Positions 17,923-27,958 of a DNA stretch of 50,679 bases are shown in pieces. A model generated the notes under the pieces. The model saw nothing but the letters and a program-made list of their open reading frames with translations. It did not search any database and was not told the DNA's origin. This stretch comes from a virus (taxonomy: Duplodnaviria; Caudoviricetes), in the IMG/VR virus record IMGVR_UViG_3300031578_000055, positions 1 to 50,679 of that record; one strand, written 5' to 3'. A program made the translations under genes and the position numbers. Each line of letters opens with the position of its first letter. The first letter of the stretch is position 1.

Positions 17923-19129
17923 AGTTAGAGTAAACGGAAAAACATATACATTATTTAAGCAGATTGATGGAGTAAGATCCGTTGATACATTTGCCTCTGA
18001 AGTAAGAATGGTATTATCTGAAGCACAAAGCAATAATTCTATTTTAAAAATAGATGATCTCATACAGGTCCTGCTTGATAATAAAATGGAATTTACTGGA
18101 TATATTGAAAAAATAAATGATTCTGAAAATAGAGAATCTCATACAATAGATTTTACAGCAAGATCTTTAGTTGCTGATTTAATTGATGGAACCGTACCAG
18201 ATAATGTTAAAACAAATGAAGGTGTTTCAAAATTCTCTGAATTAGTTCAATTGTGTATTGATGGATTAAATCTTACAGATACTATAAAAGTAATTGATAA
18301 TGTAGGTGCTACTTTTGGAGATTCACAGAAATTGAAATCTTCTGAAACAGGACAAAAAGTTGGAGATTTCCTGCAGAGTAATGCAAGAATAGTACAGGTA
18401 TTTTTGAATGATGATGGTGATGGAAATGTTGTAATAAATAGACCAACTGGTCGATTAAAAACAATCCTCCAGAATATCCCTGGAGCTACTAATAATAATA
18501 TAAAAGAATCCACTATAAACATTGATAATTCAGATAGGTATCATATTTACAGAGTATTTTCAAATTCTTCTCTTGCGTCTGAATCAGCAACTGTTAAAGA
18601 CATAAATAATTCTGGTGAAGCCATTGATGCAGAAGTAAGAATTACTAGAGTATTTGAAACGATTGCGGACAAACCTATGAGTTCTGATGAATGCAAAAAA
18701 TCTGCTGAAGAAATGGCAAATATTGCAAGGGCAAGAAGTTTTAAATATTCATGCGGTGGAATAGTTGGATTTACTGCAAATGAAGAAAAGTGGTATCCAG
18801 GATTTGAAGTTACGGTTAAAGATAAAATAAAAGGAATAGATGGAATATTCCAGATAAATACTGTTAACTGGAGTTCTTCAGGGCAGGGTGATATTGTGAA
18901 TCTCGACATAACTTTACCGGATAAATTAACAGTTGAATCTAATCCTACAGCAGTAACGGAAAGAATTTCTATTCCATCAAGTACTTATGGAGTTAAACAG
19001 GGCGACACTTTAAGCGAAATAGCAGAGAGTTTAAATATATCATTAGCTGATATTGTTCAAGCAAATCCACAAATATCTAATATAGATTTAATATATCCTG
19101 ATCAACAAATAAAAATACCGGAGAGATAA
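17912..19129 (+). CDS. Baseplate hub (Mu gp44-like) with C-terminal LysM
   Basis: FTGYIE, ARSLVADLID motifs; C-terminal YGVKQGDTLSEIA...NIDLIYPDQQIKIP. Confidence 0.9.
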   Translation: MGVEVRVNGKTYTLFKQIDGVRSVDTFASEVRMVLSEAQSNNSILKIDDLIQVLLDNKMEFTGYIEKINDSENRESHTIDFTARSLVADLIDGTVPDNVKTNEGVSKFSELVQLCIDGLNLTDTIKVIDNVGATFGDSQKLKSSETGQKVGDFLQSNARIVQVFLNDDGDGNVVINRPTGRLKTILQNIPGATNNNIKESTINIDNSDRYHIYRVFSNSSLASESATVKDINNSGEAIDAEVRITRVFETIADKPMSSDECKKSAEEMANIARARSFKYSCGGIVGFTANEEKWYPGFEVTVKDKIKGIDGIFQINTVNWSSSGQGDIVNLDITLPDKLTVESNPTAVTERISIPSSTYGVKQGDTLSEIAESLNISLADIVQANPQISNIDLIYPDQQIKIPER

Positions 19130-19581
19130 TGTTTAAAATAGGGATAAAAACAAAAAATATAACGAAGCATATTATTGAAACTTTATTTCAGGGTAAAAAA
19201 TCTCCTACTGTAATAGTAATCCCATATGGAATGTTTTCTAATCCAGTTGATAATTTGCCAGTTGGAATATTATCAGATCAAGGCCATGCAGAATCATTAT
19301 TTGGGTTTGTTATGGATCTTGAAAATCTTGAAACATTAGAAGATGGTGAAATAGCATTTGGAATTCCTAAAAAAACAGCACGGATCAAGTTCTTTGACAA
19401 CGACAAGATAGGAATATATAATAAATTAATCAGTATGCTTGAAATACTGGAAGGATTGATAGACGAAATCAAGACTATAACGACAACGGGATCAGCAGTA
19501 GCTCAAGCCGTATCGGTGGCATCTCAAGCATCACTTGAATTATATAAATTAGAAGTGGAGAAATTACTAAATGGCAGTTAG
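19129..19581 (+). CDS. Baseplate spike/assembly protein (Mu gp45-like)
   Basis: PYGMFSNP and LEDGEIA motifs; synteny. Confidence 0.75.
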   Translation: MFKIGIKTKNITKHIIETLFQGKKSPTVIVIPYGMFSNPVDNLPVGILSDQGHAESLFGFVMDLENLETLEDGEIAFGIPKKTARIKFFDNDKIGIYNKLISMLEILEGLIDEIKTITTTGSAVAQAVSVASQASLELYKLEVEKLLNGS

Positions 19582-19780
19582 TGTTCCGGTTATAAAAACA
19601 GAATTGTTATCTGCATTAAACGAGGCTTCGGCTTCAGAATTATCTAATGATGATTGGGCAGGATTGATGGCCGATATTATAGCTAATGCTATTTTATCAG
19701 CAACGGTAAACCCTGGCATATCATTAACAACTCCTGATACCATAAATGGAGCAACTACAGGAGCAGGAACTTTAAGTTGA
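19571..19780 (+). CDS. Small baseplate-region protein
   Basis: Overlapping coupling; ends TTGAGTLS. Confidence 0.65.
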   Translation: MAVSVPVIKTELLSALNEASASELSNDDWAGLMADIIANAILSATVNPGISLTTPDTINGATTGAGTLS

Positions 19781-19803
19781 AATATATTAAGGATTGAACA
19801 AAT

Positions 19804-20274
19804 ATGACAAGTACTGGAGTTCGCCAAACAGTGAACATACAAGATTTTTTTATGGAACAAGATAATTATGGTCTTTTTGATATGGTCGTTGATCCAGAAA
19901 CAGCAGATTTTAAATCTGTATCTGGATTCGAAACAGCTGTAAATTTCCAGCTTTTTTTAGATCAAAGAGTTGGAAGAGAAGAAAGGGCAAACACTCAGGA
20001 TCGAAGAGGATGGATTGGTGATATAATGTTTAGGGCTGATGGTTATCAAGTAGGATCATTACTACATTTACAAGAACAATCCAGAGATATCCAAGTTGAT
20101 AATAATGAAACCGCTGCATTTGCAAAAAACGCCCTTGAGTATTTGGTAATAATAGGAGCTAGTAAAAAAATTACGGCTGAAGTTGTTGGCAGCAATATTG
20201 AGGGAGTTATTACAAACTCTAATAATGATACAAGTAGATATTCTAAACTTTGGAGGGCAACGAATGCCTCTTAA
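19804..20274 (+). CDS. Baseplate wedge protein (Mu gp46-like)
   Basis: ETAV..LFLD.R, RRGWIGD, GSLL motifs. Confidence 0.9.
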   Translation: MTSTGVRQTVNIQDFFMEQDNYGLFDMVVDPETADFKSVSGFETAVNFQLFLDQRVGREERANTQDRRGWIGDIMFRADGYQVGSLLHLQEQSRDIQVDNNETAAFAKNALEYLVIIGASKKITAEVVGSNIEGVITNSNNDTSRYSKLWRATNAS

Positions 20275-21601
20275 TACGAAATCTTTTACTGATATAGTTA
20301 GATTGATACAAGGAAAATTCTTTAAAGTTTTACCTGGGATTGATCCAACAATAAAATCATCCCTTGCAGGAGCATCAACAATTTCGGCTGCAGCCGTTGC
20401 GGTTTCAAATCAGGAAGGTATAAAAGATGCGGTTCGTCAATCTTTCTGGCAAACTCAGGACGGTGATTTTCTTGCTTTAACCGGGGCTTTAAATGATACA
20501 AATAGATTTAATCCTCAACCATCTCAGGGTCAAGCTGCAGCAACCGGGATTCTAGGAACATCGATTTTATCTGATTATCCTATCACATTTAACGGGAATA
20601 CATATTTAACAACTCAGGATTCAGCCATTCAGGAATATTCCGGAGGAATAACATTATCGTTTTCTGCTGGAATTGTTACGGGGGTTACAAATATAGTTCA
20701 TACATTATCAACTGGATTATTTGTTGTTATCTCAGGAGCTACGCAAACAGATTATAATGGAACTTTTGAGATAGTTGTATTGAGTGATATGGAATTCACA
20801 TATGAGTTAGTTGCTGGAGCATTAACAACAGATGCCGGAATATATACAACTGAATATGCTTTATTAAATTTGGAATCTGTAGGAACAGGCTCTGTTCAAA
20901 ATGTGACCTCTGGTGGGATTTTAACTATAGATTTAACAGATGTCGATTCGGATGTTTTTGTCGGTACATTTGGATTAGATGGTGGAGCAGATGAAGAATC
21001 TGAAGAAGATTACAGAGAGCGTGTAGGAGAATCTTATAGTCTGACTCCTGGAATTGCAACACCTCCATCTTTAGTTGCAAGTGCAAAATCTATCGCTGGA
21101 AATACAAGGGTTTTTGTTGTTAGACCTGACGGAACAAGCGGTGGAACCGTAGGTCAGGCTGGATATAAACCGGAACTCGGAGAAACAGTAATGTATATAC
21201 TGAGAGATAATGACCAGAGTATTTTACCATCTTCACAGTTATTAACTACTACAAAAGATCAAATAATTGCAGATGGACTCTGGCCAACATTTACACTTGA
21301 TAGCCAGTTGTATGTTTTATCTCCAATTTTAAAAACTCAGAATTTTGTATTTACTTCTATATCTCCAAATACTGTTACAATGCAAAATGCAATTAGAAAT
21401 CAACTTGTCAGTTTTTTTGAAGATAATGCAGAAATTGAAGGAACTATTTCTTTAGTAAAAACGTTAAATCCTTTTCTACAGAAAATATCAGATCCATCAA
21501 CAGGAGCATTATTAACATCGTTCACATATACAACTCCATCATCTAATATTGTGGCTGCTAGTGGTGAAATATATACAGTAGGAGTAGTGAGTTTTACATG
21601 A
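20264..21601 (+). CDS. Baseplate J-like protein (Mu gp47-like)
   Basis: ATG 20264 after GGAGG; GGADEESEEDYRERV motif. Confidence 0.9.
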   Translation: MPLNTKSFTDIVRLIQGKFFKVLPGIDPTIKSSLAGASTISAAAVAVSNQEGIKDAVRQSFWQTQDGDFLALTGALNDTNRFNPQPSQGQAAATGILGTSILSDYPITFNGNTYLTTQDSAIQEYSGGITLSFSAGIVTGVTNIVHTLSTGLFVVISGATQTDYNGTFEIVVLSDMEFTYELVAGALTTDAGIYTTEYALLNLESVGTGSVQNVTSGGILTIDLTDVDSDVFVGTFGLDGGADEESEEDYRERVGESYSLTPGIATPPSLVASAKSIAGNTRVFVVRPDGTSGGTVGQAGYKPELGETVMYILRDNDQSILPSSQLLTTTKDQIIADGLWPTFTLDSQLYVLSPILKTQNFVFTSISPNTVTMQNAIRNQLVSFFEDNAEIEGTISLVKTLNPFLQKISDPSTGALLTSFTYTTPSSNIVAASGEIYTVGVVSFT

Positions 21602-22272
21602 AATCAATAATAGATTTTCAAACATTTACAAATGATCAATCAGCTCATTATTTAGCAGATCATTATCCAAAAGGGAAACTAACAGGGAAAAGGCATGATT
21701 CAAATTCTGTTATATATAAATTCATATTAAGTATTTCAACTTTTATTAAAATAATTATTGGTTATATTTATATTCTTGCTAAAAATAGAGATATAAATCA
21801 ATCTGAGGAATTATTAACAGAATGGGAAACATCAGTTAAAATTCCTGATGTTATTCCGAGAAGAGAAACTTTAGCTGGCCGGCGTTGTGCTGTTGAATGT
21901 CTGGTACGGAAAATTCCAGTATATAATATTGATGATGGAATTGTTAATATAAAAACAACATTTTCAGAATATATAAATTGCTTAACAGGTCTTGAGGTTG
22001 AAATTAGAACGGCTCAAGTTGATGGTACAGGTTCAATTTTTCCGATGGAATTCCCTGTTATATTTGGTTTTGGTGGAGGAGTTGGTGGATTTGTATTTAT
22101 CATAGGAGTCCCGGTATCTGGACAAGCTGCAAATAATGTTTTTCCATTAGAATTTGCAGTAAGTTTTTTTAATCCAAAAATCCCGGATGCAACTATGAAA
22201 TATTTAGATTTAATTTTAGATAGAGTTATTCCATCTTTTTGTAGATGGGAATATGAAGCGATAGTATCATAA
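21598..22272 (+). CDS. Baseplate wedge protein (Mu gp48/YmfQ-like)
   Basis: ELLTEWE...IPD...TLAGRR motif; follows J. Confidence 0.85.
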   Translation: MKSIIDFQTFTNDQSAHYLADHYPKGKLTGKRHDSNSVIYKFILSISTFIKIIIGYIYILAKNRDINQSEELLTEWETSVKIPDVIPRRETLAGRRCAVECLVRKIPVYNIDDGIVNIKTTFSEYINCLTGLEVEIRTAQVDGTGSIFPMEFPVIFGFGGGVGGFVFIIGVPVSGQAANNVFPLEFAVSFFNPKIPDATMKYLDLILDRVIPSFCRWEYEAIVS

Positions 22273-22282
22273 GGAGAATTTT

Positions 22283-23362
22283 ATGCAAGATATAGCAGAT
22301 AAGGCTGATTCTACTGCTGGTTCAACTGGACAACTTCCGGCTGCCGAATATAACGATCACAAAGAAGAATTACAGGGAGCAGTAGAAAGATCAGGACAAA
22401 CTTTAAGTGCTGCAATATTACTGCAGTTAGCAAAAGCATTATTTATAAATGGAACAGGAGCCGAAACTGTTATTGATTCAGGATCTATTAATTCTATATT
22501 ATTATCTCCATTAACCGGATCATCTGGAATGGTTGTTCCAAATAATTATGTTGAATTAAATGGATGTATCCTTAGTTTTAATAAAACAACAGGTAACACC
22601 TCAACTGCTGTAACTGTCAATTTCGGGCAAACTGGAACTGAATTAGGAGCTAAATCTTTAGTTAGATCTGATAGTTCTGTCCCTGCAATTGGAGATGTAA
22701 AAGGACGATGTTTAATTCAATGGAATAATTCCCTTGATAAATGGATATTGTTAAGAAATGAAACTGATACATATAAATATAATATAGCTGCTAGTGGTCC
22801 TGTAGCTCCTAAGTTTGCAAACAATGAAATCGAGGTAGATTTATCAGCAGGAAATATTTCAATTTCTCAAATGCCTGTTCCAGTATTTATAGGGCAAAGA
22901 GTACATATTTATGGCGTAGGAACAGGTCTAGGAGATATAGCCGGAGGTACTGGATTATATGTAAATGGAATAGTTTTTACAGAAACTACGGGTGGTGTTT
23001 TTCTTACTGCTATTTCATTGACGGAATGGAGAGCTAAAGATACAAAGACGGCGTTTTTTAATACACCAGGCTGGAGTATTTCCCAGTACCCAGACGGAGT
23101 ACTTGAAATGATATTCAGATCTGGAAGTTTTCAAACAGTAAACGCACTAGGGAATGTTTTTGTTTCAGGTGTTATAAATGCGCTTTTCCCGGTTGCTTTT
23201 ATAAACAACCCTAGGAAATTATCAGGTGTGCAATCAACTGGAGATGTAGCATGGGAAGGAGCAGCAGGTCAGCCGACTCTCCTTTCAGATACACTAAGAA
23301 TTTTGGGAGGTGGCACATCAGCGGTCGGAATTATAGACGTAAAATACGTCGGGAGTTTTTAA
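22283..23362 (+). CDS. Tail fibre protein
   Basis: EYNDHKEELQGAVERSGQTL...QLAKA N-terminus; C-terminal YPDG...FPVAF domain. Confidence 0.8.
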   Translation: MQDIADKADSTAGSTGQLPAAEYNDHKEELQGAVERSGQTLSAAILLQLAKALFINGTGAETVIDSGSINSILLSPLTGSSGMVVPNNYVELNGCILSFNKTTGNTSTAVTVNFGQTGTELGAKSLVRSDSSVPAIGDVKGRCLIQWNNSLDKWILLRNETDTYKYNIAASGPVAPKFANNEIEVDLSAGNISISQMPVPVFIGQRVHIYGVGTGLGDIAGGTGLYVNGIVFTETTGGVFLTAISLTEWRAKDTKTAFFNTPGWSISQYPDGVLEMIFRSGSFQTVNALGNVFVSGVINALFPVAFINNPRKLSGVQSTGDVAWEGAAGQPTLLSDTLRILGGGTSAVGIIDVKYVGSF

Positions 23363-23363
23363 A

Positions 23364-23822
23364 ATGAAAATACAAGCGGTAAAATCACAAAAAAATAAAT
23401 CTGATACATTGGAATTAAATGGAAATGAATTGACTATAAATAATACAATTTTTGATTTAACCAATTTACACCAATATCCAACAGAAAAAAATGCAGATAT
23501 TCAAACATTTATTGAAACGGAACGATGCTATAAAGATCAGAATGGAATAGATATTATACAACTTAAAGTTGATCAACAACATTTTTTTCTATTCGTTAAT
23601 AATAATTATCTTCTTTTTCATGACAAAGATTTAAATGGAGAACTAGATTTGTCTGAACTTTGTTGTTTTGTAGATTGTTACAATCTATCAGAAGAGGATA
23701 GATTAAAAAATCACAGAAAAACTATTGATAAATATGAGAAAAAATCAGGTAAGAAAATAGGTGATTGGAATATACTTGCAAGGACTGTAACGGCAGATAA
23801 AACTAAAATAAAAGATAAATAA
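23364..23822 (+). CDS. Putative tail fibre assembly protein
   Basis: Follows fibre; LELNGNELTINNTIFDL motif. Confidence 0.55.
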   Translation: MKIQAVKSQKNKSDTLELNGNELTINNTIFDLTNLHQYPTEKNADIQTFIETERCYKDQNGIDIIQLKVDQQHFFLFVNNNYLLFHDKDLNGELDLSELCCFVDCYNLSEEDRLKNHRKTIDKYEKKSGKKIGDWNILARTVTADKTKIKDK

Positions 23823-23827
23823 ATAAA

Positions 23828-23855
23828 GCTCCCTAAAATATGGGAGCCATTTTTT
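23828..23855. terminator. Terminator between convergent late and early operons
   Basis: GCTCCC...GGGAGC followed by T-run, A-rich upstream. Confidence 0.65.
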
Positions 23856-23944
23856 ATAATGGATAAATTAACATCAATTCTTGCAATGTTTCATTTTGGA
23901 ATCTATTCAAAATATATTTATTCCCTCTGGTGAGGGAATAAATA

Positions 23945-24358
23945 CTAAAAAGGGATATCATCTTCAAACGGTATCTGACTCCCTTCAAAACTGTTAGGAT
24001 CAGGTTTTTTATCTGCTGGTGTAAATCCTCCAAATCCTGATGTTGATTTTTTAGGGTCTGGAGTTCCTCCGAAAGAATTTGATTGATCTGATTCCATAAC
24101 ATCTATATGGAAAATCTTAATTTTGGTATACCATTTTTCGTTATATTTTTCCTGAAAGATTTGTCCAGATTTAACTTCTACTTTATCACCTTCTTTAATA
24201 TTTTTTTTTGCTGCATCTCCTAATAGAGTACACCCAAACCATGTGCAATTTTCATATTCACCATTTTTATCTTTTCTTGTATCACCAAGATCAAGGTGGA
24301 TATATCCATTTCTTTCTTCTACTTTCCAAACTTTTAAATATTTACCTGTTACGTTCAT
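23945..24358 (-). CDS. ssb: Single-stranded DNA-binding protein
   Basis: OB-fold-like N-terminus, flexible linker, C-terminal DDIPF. Confidence 0.9.
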   Translation of the reverse strand: MNVTGKYLKVWKVEERNGYIHLDLGDTRKDKNGEYENCTWFGCTLLGDAAKKNIKEGDKVEVKSGQIFQEKYNEKWYTKIKIFHIDVMESDQSNSFGGTPDPKKSTSGFGGFTPADKKPDPNSFEGSQIPFEDDIPF

Positions 24359-24363
24359 ACTAT

Positions 24364-27300
24364 TTATTCTCCTTTCACAAAAAAATCTGTTACTTCAATC
24401 ACATTTGCTATGGTTGATATTGCCTCTGTATTATGTGATACAGAAATCAATTTCTTTTTACCAGCCAAATGTGAATTAATCATGCTATAAAAATCTGCTA
24501 CAACATTATTATCTAATGCACCATCCTGTTCATCAATAATACCATACATATAATTTCTACCTGTTCTTTTTATTACTGATGTATTAATCGCTTCCCTCAA
24601 TGCCGATGTTGACCAGACAGCCTGACCTCCGCTTACAACGGAAATACTCTTTACATCGGAAGCCCGGTTATCATGTACTAGAATTTTAAACTTTTCTGCA
24701 AGATTATTTTTACTGTCAAAATCCTGAGTTATTATTTCCACACTATATCTTGGCTGATAAGTTGATAAGAAATCATTTGCTTCTTGATTTATTACCGGAG
24801 CCACCAAAGACAATTCAAGAGCTTCAATCCCTTTTGGTGAGAATGCTTTTTCGATAGACTCCCATTCAGAAATATTATTTCTTGATATGCTGGTCTTCTC
24901 AGTTAATGTTTTAATCTTCTCCTCTCGTTGCACGTTTTTATTAAGGCGATCCTTCAGAGCTTCAATTTCGGCGGTTAAACGACCAATTCCGGTTGATGTG
25001 CTTGATATTTCTGTTTCTATTTCATATATTCTGGATCTAAGGTTATTATATGCTGTTATATCTATATCCTTTTTTTTATTTCTAAGAATTTCTATTTGTT
25101 TAGAGATTTCAGAAAGCCTTGTTTTTTTCTGAGAAATAGAAGTTTCAAGATCAATTTTTTTTGTCTCAAGAGTTTTTAAACCATCAATAATCATTTGGAG
25201 TTCACTTAATTTATGTGTATCAACTTTTAAATTGTCCATTTCTGATTTTAAATCTATCAAAGATTGTGGTATTTCTGGTTTTTTAGAAATTGATTCCTGT
25301 AGTTTTTTATATTTTTCTCTTTGTTTATCCAGATTTAATTCACATTCTTCTATTCTTGATTTTTTACCTAAGATTATTTCTTTGCATACTTTAATCTCAG
25401 ATAACATTATATCAATCTTTTTTTGTGCAGATGTTGATATTTTTTTGCAAAATTCGCAGGGATCATTTGCTGAAGTTACAACACTTTCTTTTACATTAAT
25501 AAGACCTTCATTTTCAGAAAGCTTATGTTTAGATTCATCAATAAGCGTTTTTATTTCATTAGCTTCAACTTTTATTACTTCAAGATTTTCATCAATTACA
25601 GTTTTTTTATTCTGCCATTCTTCAACTTGGTTGTTGAATTCCCCTTGAGCTTTAAAATAAGCTCCTGATGCAATATTAAGTTTAGTCTGTTGATCTAGTA
25701 GCTTTTTTAATTCAGCTTTATTAGAATCGGCATTTTCAAGAGTTGAGTTTATTTTGGGAAGTTTATACTCAAGAACAGAAACATCGGCTGTAAGATTTGT
25801 TGATTCAGCTGTAATAAAATCAACTTGATCCTGGATAGATTTATTTCCGTTAATATCTTTTTCATAAATCGATAAATCAGATTTAAAATGCCGGAGTGTT
25901 TCATTGGATCTTTCAAGGCTCAGTTTGTTGTCAGATTTTAAAACATCTTTTTCTTCTATTAGAATTTCAATTTCTTTTTTGCTTTCTTCAATGGATTCAA
26001 GTGTTTCAATTTCCCTGGTATCAAGTTCTATTTCTTTTTTTAATACTCCGACTTTTTCATGTGCATAATTTTTTAATTCTGATCTGTCCATACCTGCAAA
26101 CTCTGTGAATATTTTCCGGAGGTCTGTTTCTTTTGCATTTTCAAGGGAAGGATAATTATTGTTTTCCTTTTGTCCTCTAAAAGCACAAGTCATAAACATT
26201 TTAATACTACCGAATATTTCATTTACTGCATCATCAAACGGCGCTTTAGTTCCGGTTACGGTATCAATGGCTTTTCCGTTTATATCCATGTAATATTTTG
26301 CGGTTGGTGCTGTAAGTGTCGGATCAATCAAAATCTTCTGAGTTATTATATCTTTTCCATCTCGAAATCTTCTTAAGATCTGAGAATCTTTTAATTCGAA
26401 TAAAGATTTTAAATCAATACCTGTTGGAAGATGTATTGAAAAAGGTGTACAGAATCCCATATTAAAAGATTTCCCTGTTCCATTTTCCCCGATAATTAAA
26501 TTAGCTCCAGTAACAAAATCATTGAAATCTATTTTTATTTCTTCAACACCATTTTCAAGACCGGCTTTGCTACCCTTTAAATATAGATCAAGAAATTCAA
26601 AATTATGAGGTGTTATATGCTCTGTTTCTCCTCCGGTTTCTCTCTCAGATTCAGCTACTTTTAATAATATAGATTCTGGTACTTCTGGATCATATATTTT
26701 ATATAGATCTTCTAAAGTTTTACAGGCTTCATATTCTTCTATATCAACTCTAATGTTTTCTGTATGCTGGATACTGCAGGTTATTTTTGATAGTGGACCG
26801 ATGTTTACAGCCTCTTTTAATTCAGATAAGGACTGGTCACAATCAAATCCATCAGAAAATTCTTTATTACAATGAATATCGATCCAGACATTTGTATCTG
26901 CCATTACCGATTGTTTCATGATCTCAATATCAGAAACATCTTTAATTATATATTTCTGTCTCTCAAGTTCTCCATAATCAAATCGTTTTGATTCTTTGGT
27001 TACGGTATCAATAATATTAAATCCGGGTTTAAATCCAATATCACCCCATGTCATATGAGCACTTCCACCGTAATATTTTTGTAATAAATGCAGATGCCCG
27101 AATTGAATATAATCAGCTCCTATTCGGTTTAACATCTCTTCAGAATACATAAAATCGGTTGATCTAGGTTTTTGATCATCTCTAAATTTCATTCCAGCAA
27201 TATGACCATGACCCATAAAATGAACAGTTCCAGAATGACTTTTTGCAAGAGGAGCATAATATTTATCTATTATTTCGTTTACAAGATCATACTGCTTTTC

Positions 27301-27708
27301 ATTTATTTCCTGTTTTGATAAATCAGGATATTGACTGATTAAAAATGCCGGGGTTATTTCTGGAATACCTATAATTAATAAATCCCCTATTACATGATGT
27401 TTTCCAATATTGATTTCTTTCCATCCAATATCTTTAAATGCTGCATATGATCCCGGTGCATCATGTCCCGGAGTTCCAGATATAAAAAATACTGGTGCTG
27501 ACTCCTGCAAATCTCGACCCATTTGCAATATATCATCATAACTATTTTTGTCAGTTGCCATTAAAGGGCGATCGAAAAAATCACCTGCAATTGTAATTGC
27601 ATCAACTTTCTCAGATTTAGCTACTTCACATATTCTTTTAATATGTCCTTTCGATTCTTCCAGCCACTTTGGGCTGATGTGTAGATCCTGTGCTTTTAAT
27701 ATTTTCAT
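24364..27708 (-). CDS. sbcD-sbcC: Fused SbcD nuclease-SbcC ATPase (Mre11-Rad50-like)
   Basis: DLH, AGDFFD, GHD, GHLH phosphoesterase motifs; GENGTGKS, CEFC hook, VSGGQ, IIDEQDGALD, SH in one ORF. Confidence 0.9.
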   Translation of the reverse strand: MKILKAQDLHISPKWLEESKGHIKRICEVAKSEKVDAITIAGDFFDRPLMATDKNSYDDILQMGRDLQESAPVFFISGTPGHDAPGSYAAFKDIGWKEINIGKHHVIGDLLIIGIPEITPAFLISQYPDLSKQEINEKQYDLVNEIIDKYYAPLAKSHSGTVHFMGHGHIAGMKFRDDQKPRSTDFMYSEEMLNRIGADYIQFGHLHLLQKYYGGSAHMTWGDIGFKPGFNIIDTVTKESKRFDYGELERQKYIIKDVSDIEIMKQSVMADTNVWIDIHCNKEFSDGFDCDQSLSELKEAVNIGPLSKITCSIQHTENIRVDIEEYEACKTLEDLYKIYDPEVPESILLKVAESERETGGETEHITPHNFEFLDLYLKGSKAGLENGVEEIKIDFNDFVTGANLIIGENGTGKSFNMGFCTPFSIHLPTGIDLKSLFELKDSQILRRFRDGKDIITQKILIDPTLTAPTAKYYMDINGKAIDTVTGTKAPFDDAVNEIFGSIKMFMTCAFRGQKENNNYPSLENAKETDLRKIFTEFAGMDRSELKNYAHEKVGVLKKEIELDTREIETLESIEESKKEIEILIEEKDVLKSDNKLSLERSNETLRHFKSDLSIYEKDINGNKSIQDQVDFITAESTNLTADVSVLEYKLPKINSTLENADSNKAELKKLLDQQTKLNIASGAYFKAQGEFNNQVEEWQNKKTVIDENLEVIKVEANEIKTLIDESKHKLSENEGLINVKESVVTSANDPCEFCKKISTSAQKKIDIMLSEIKVCKEIILGKKSRIEECELNLDKQREKYKKLQESISKKPEIPQSLIDLKSEMDNLKVDTHKLSELQMIIDGLKTLETKKIDLETSISQKKTRLSEISKQIEILRNKKKDIDITAYNNLRSRIYEIETEISSTSTGIGRLTAEIEALKDRLNKNVQREEKIKTLTEKTSISRNNISEWESIEKAFSPKGIEALELSLVAPVINQEANDFLSTYQPRYSVEIITQDFDSKNNLAEKFKILVHDNRASDVKSISVVSGGQAVWSTSALREAINTSVIKRTGRNYMYGIIDEQDGALDNNVVADFYSMINSHLAGKKKLISVSHNTEAISTIANVIEVTDFFVKGE

Positions 27709-27775
27709 TTGCATCCTCTTTAATAATATAATCCTATAATTATATTATATTATAGAATTATATATAAATCAATTA

Positions 27776-27958
27776 TTATTTATCCTTCCGAAGCTTTTCA
27801 GCAGTTAAATTGATAAGGTTTTCTTTATCTTTTGTTATAGGATTTAATCCCTGTTCCCATCTTGAAACGGCTCCTACTGTAACACCTAATTCTCTAGCAA
27901 GGTTATCCTGAGACAATCCAAGTTCTTCACGAATCTTTTTTAAATCTCCTGCAGTCAT
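27776..27958 (-). CDS. XRE-family HTH regulator
   Basis: LKKIREELGLSQDNLARELGVTVGAVSRWEQG. Confidence 0.9.
   Translation of the reverse strand: MTAGDLKKIREELGLSQDNLARELGVTVGAVSRWEQGLNPITKDKENLINLTAEKLRKDK

Noticed and set aside
22283-23822. Diversity-generating retroelement or invertible tail-fibre cassette
   Set aside because: No reverse transcriptase or invertase, and no template/variable repeat pair noticed by eye
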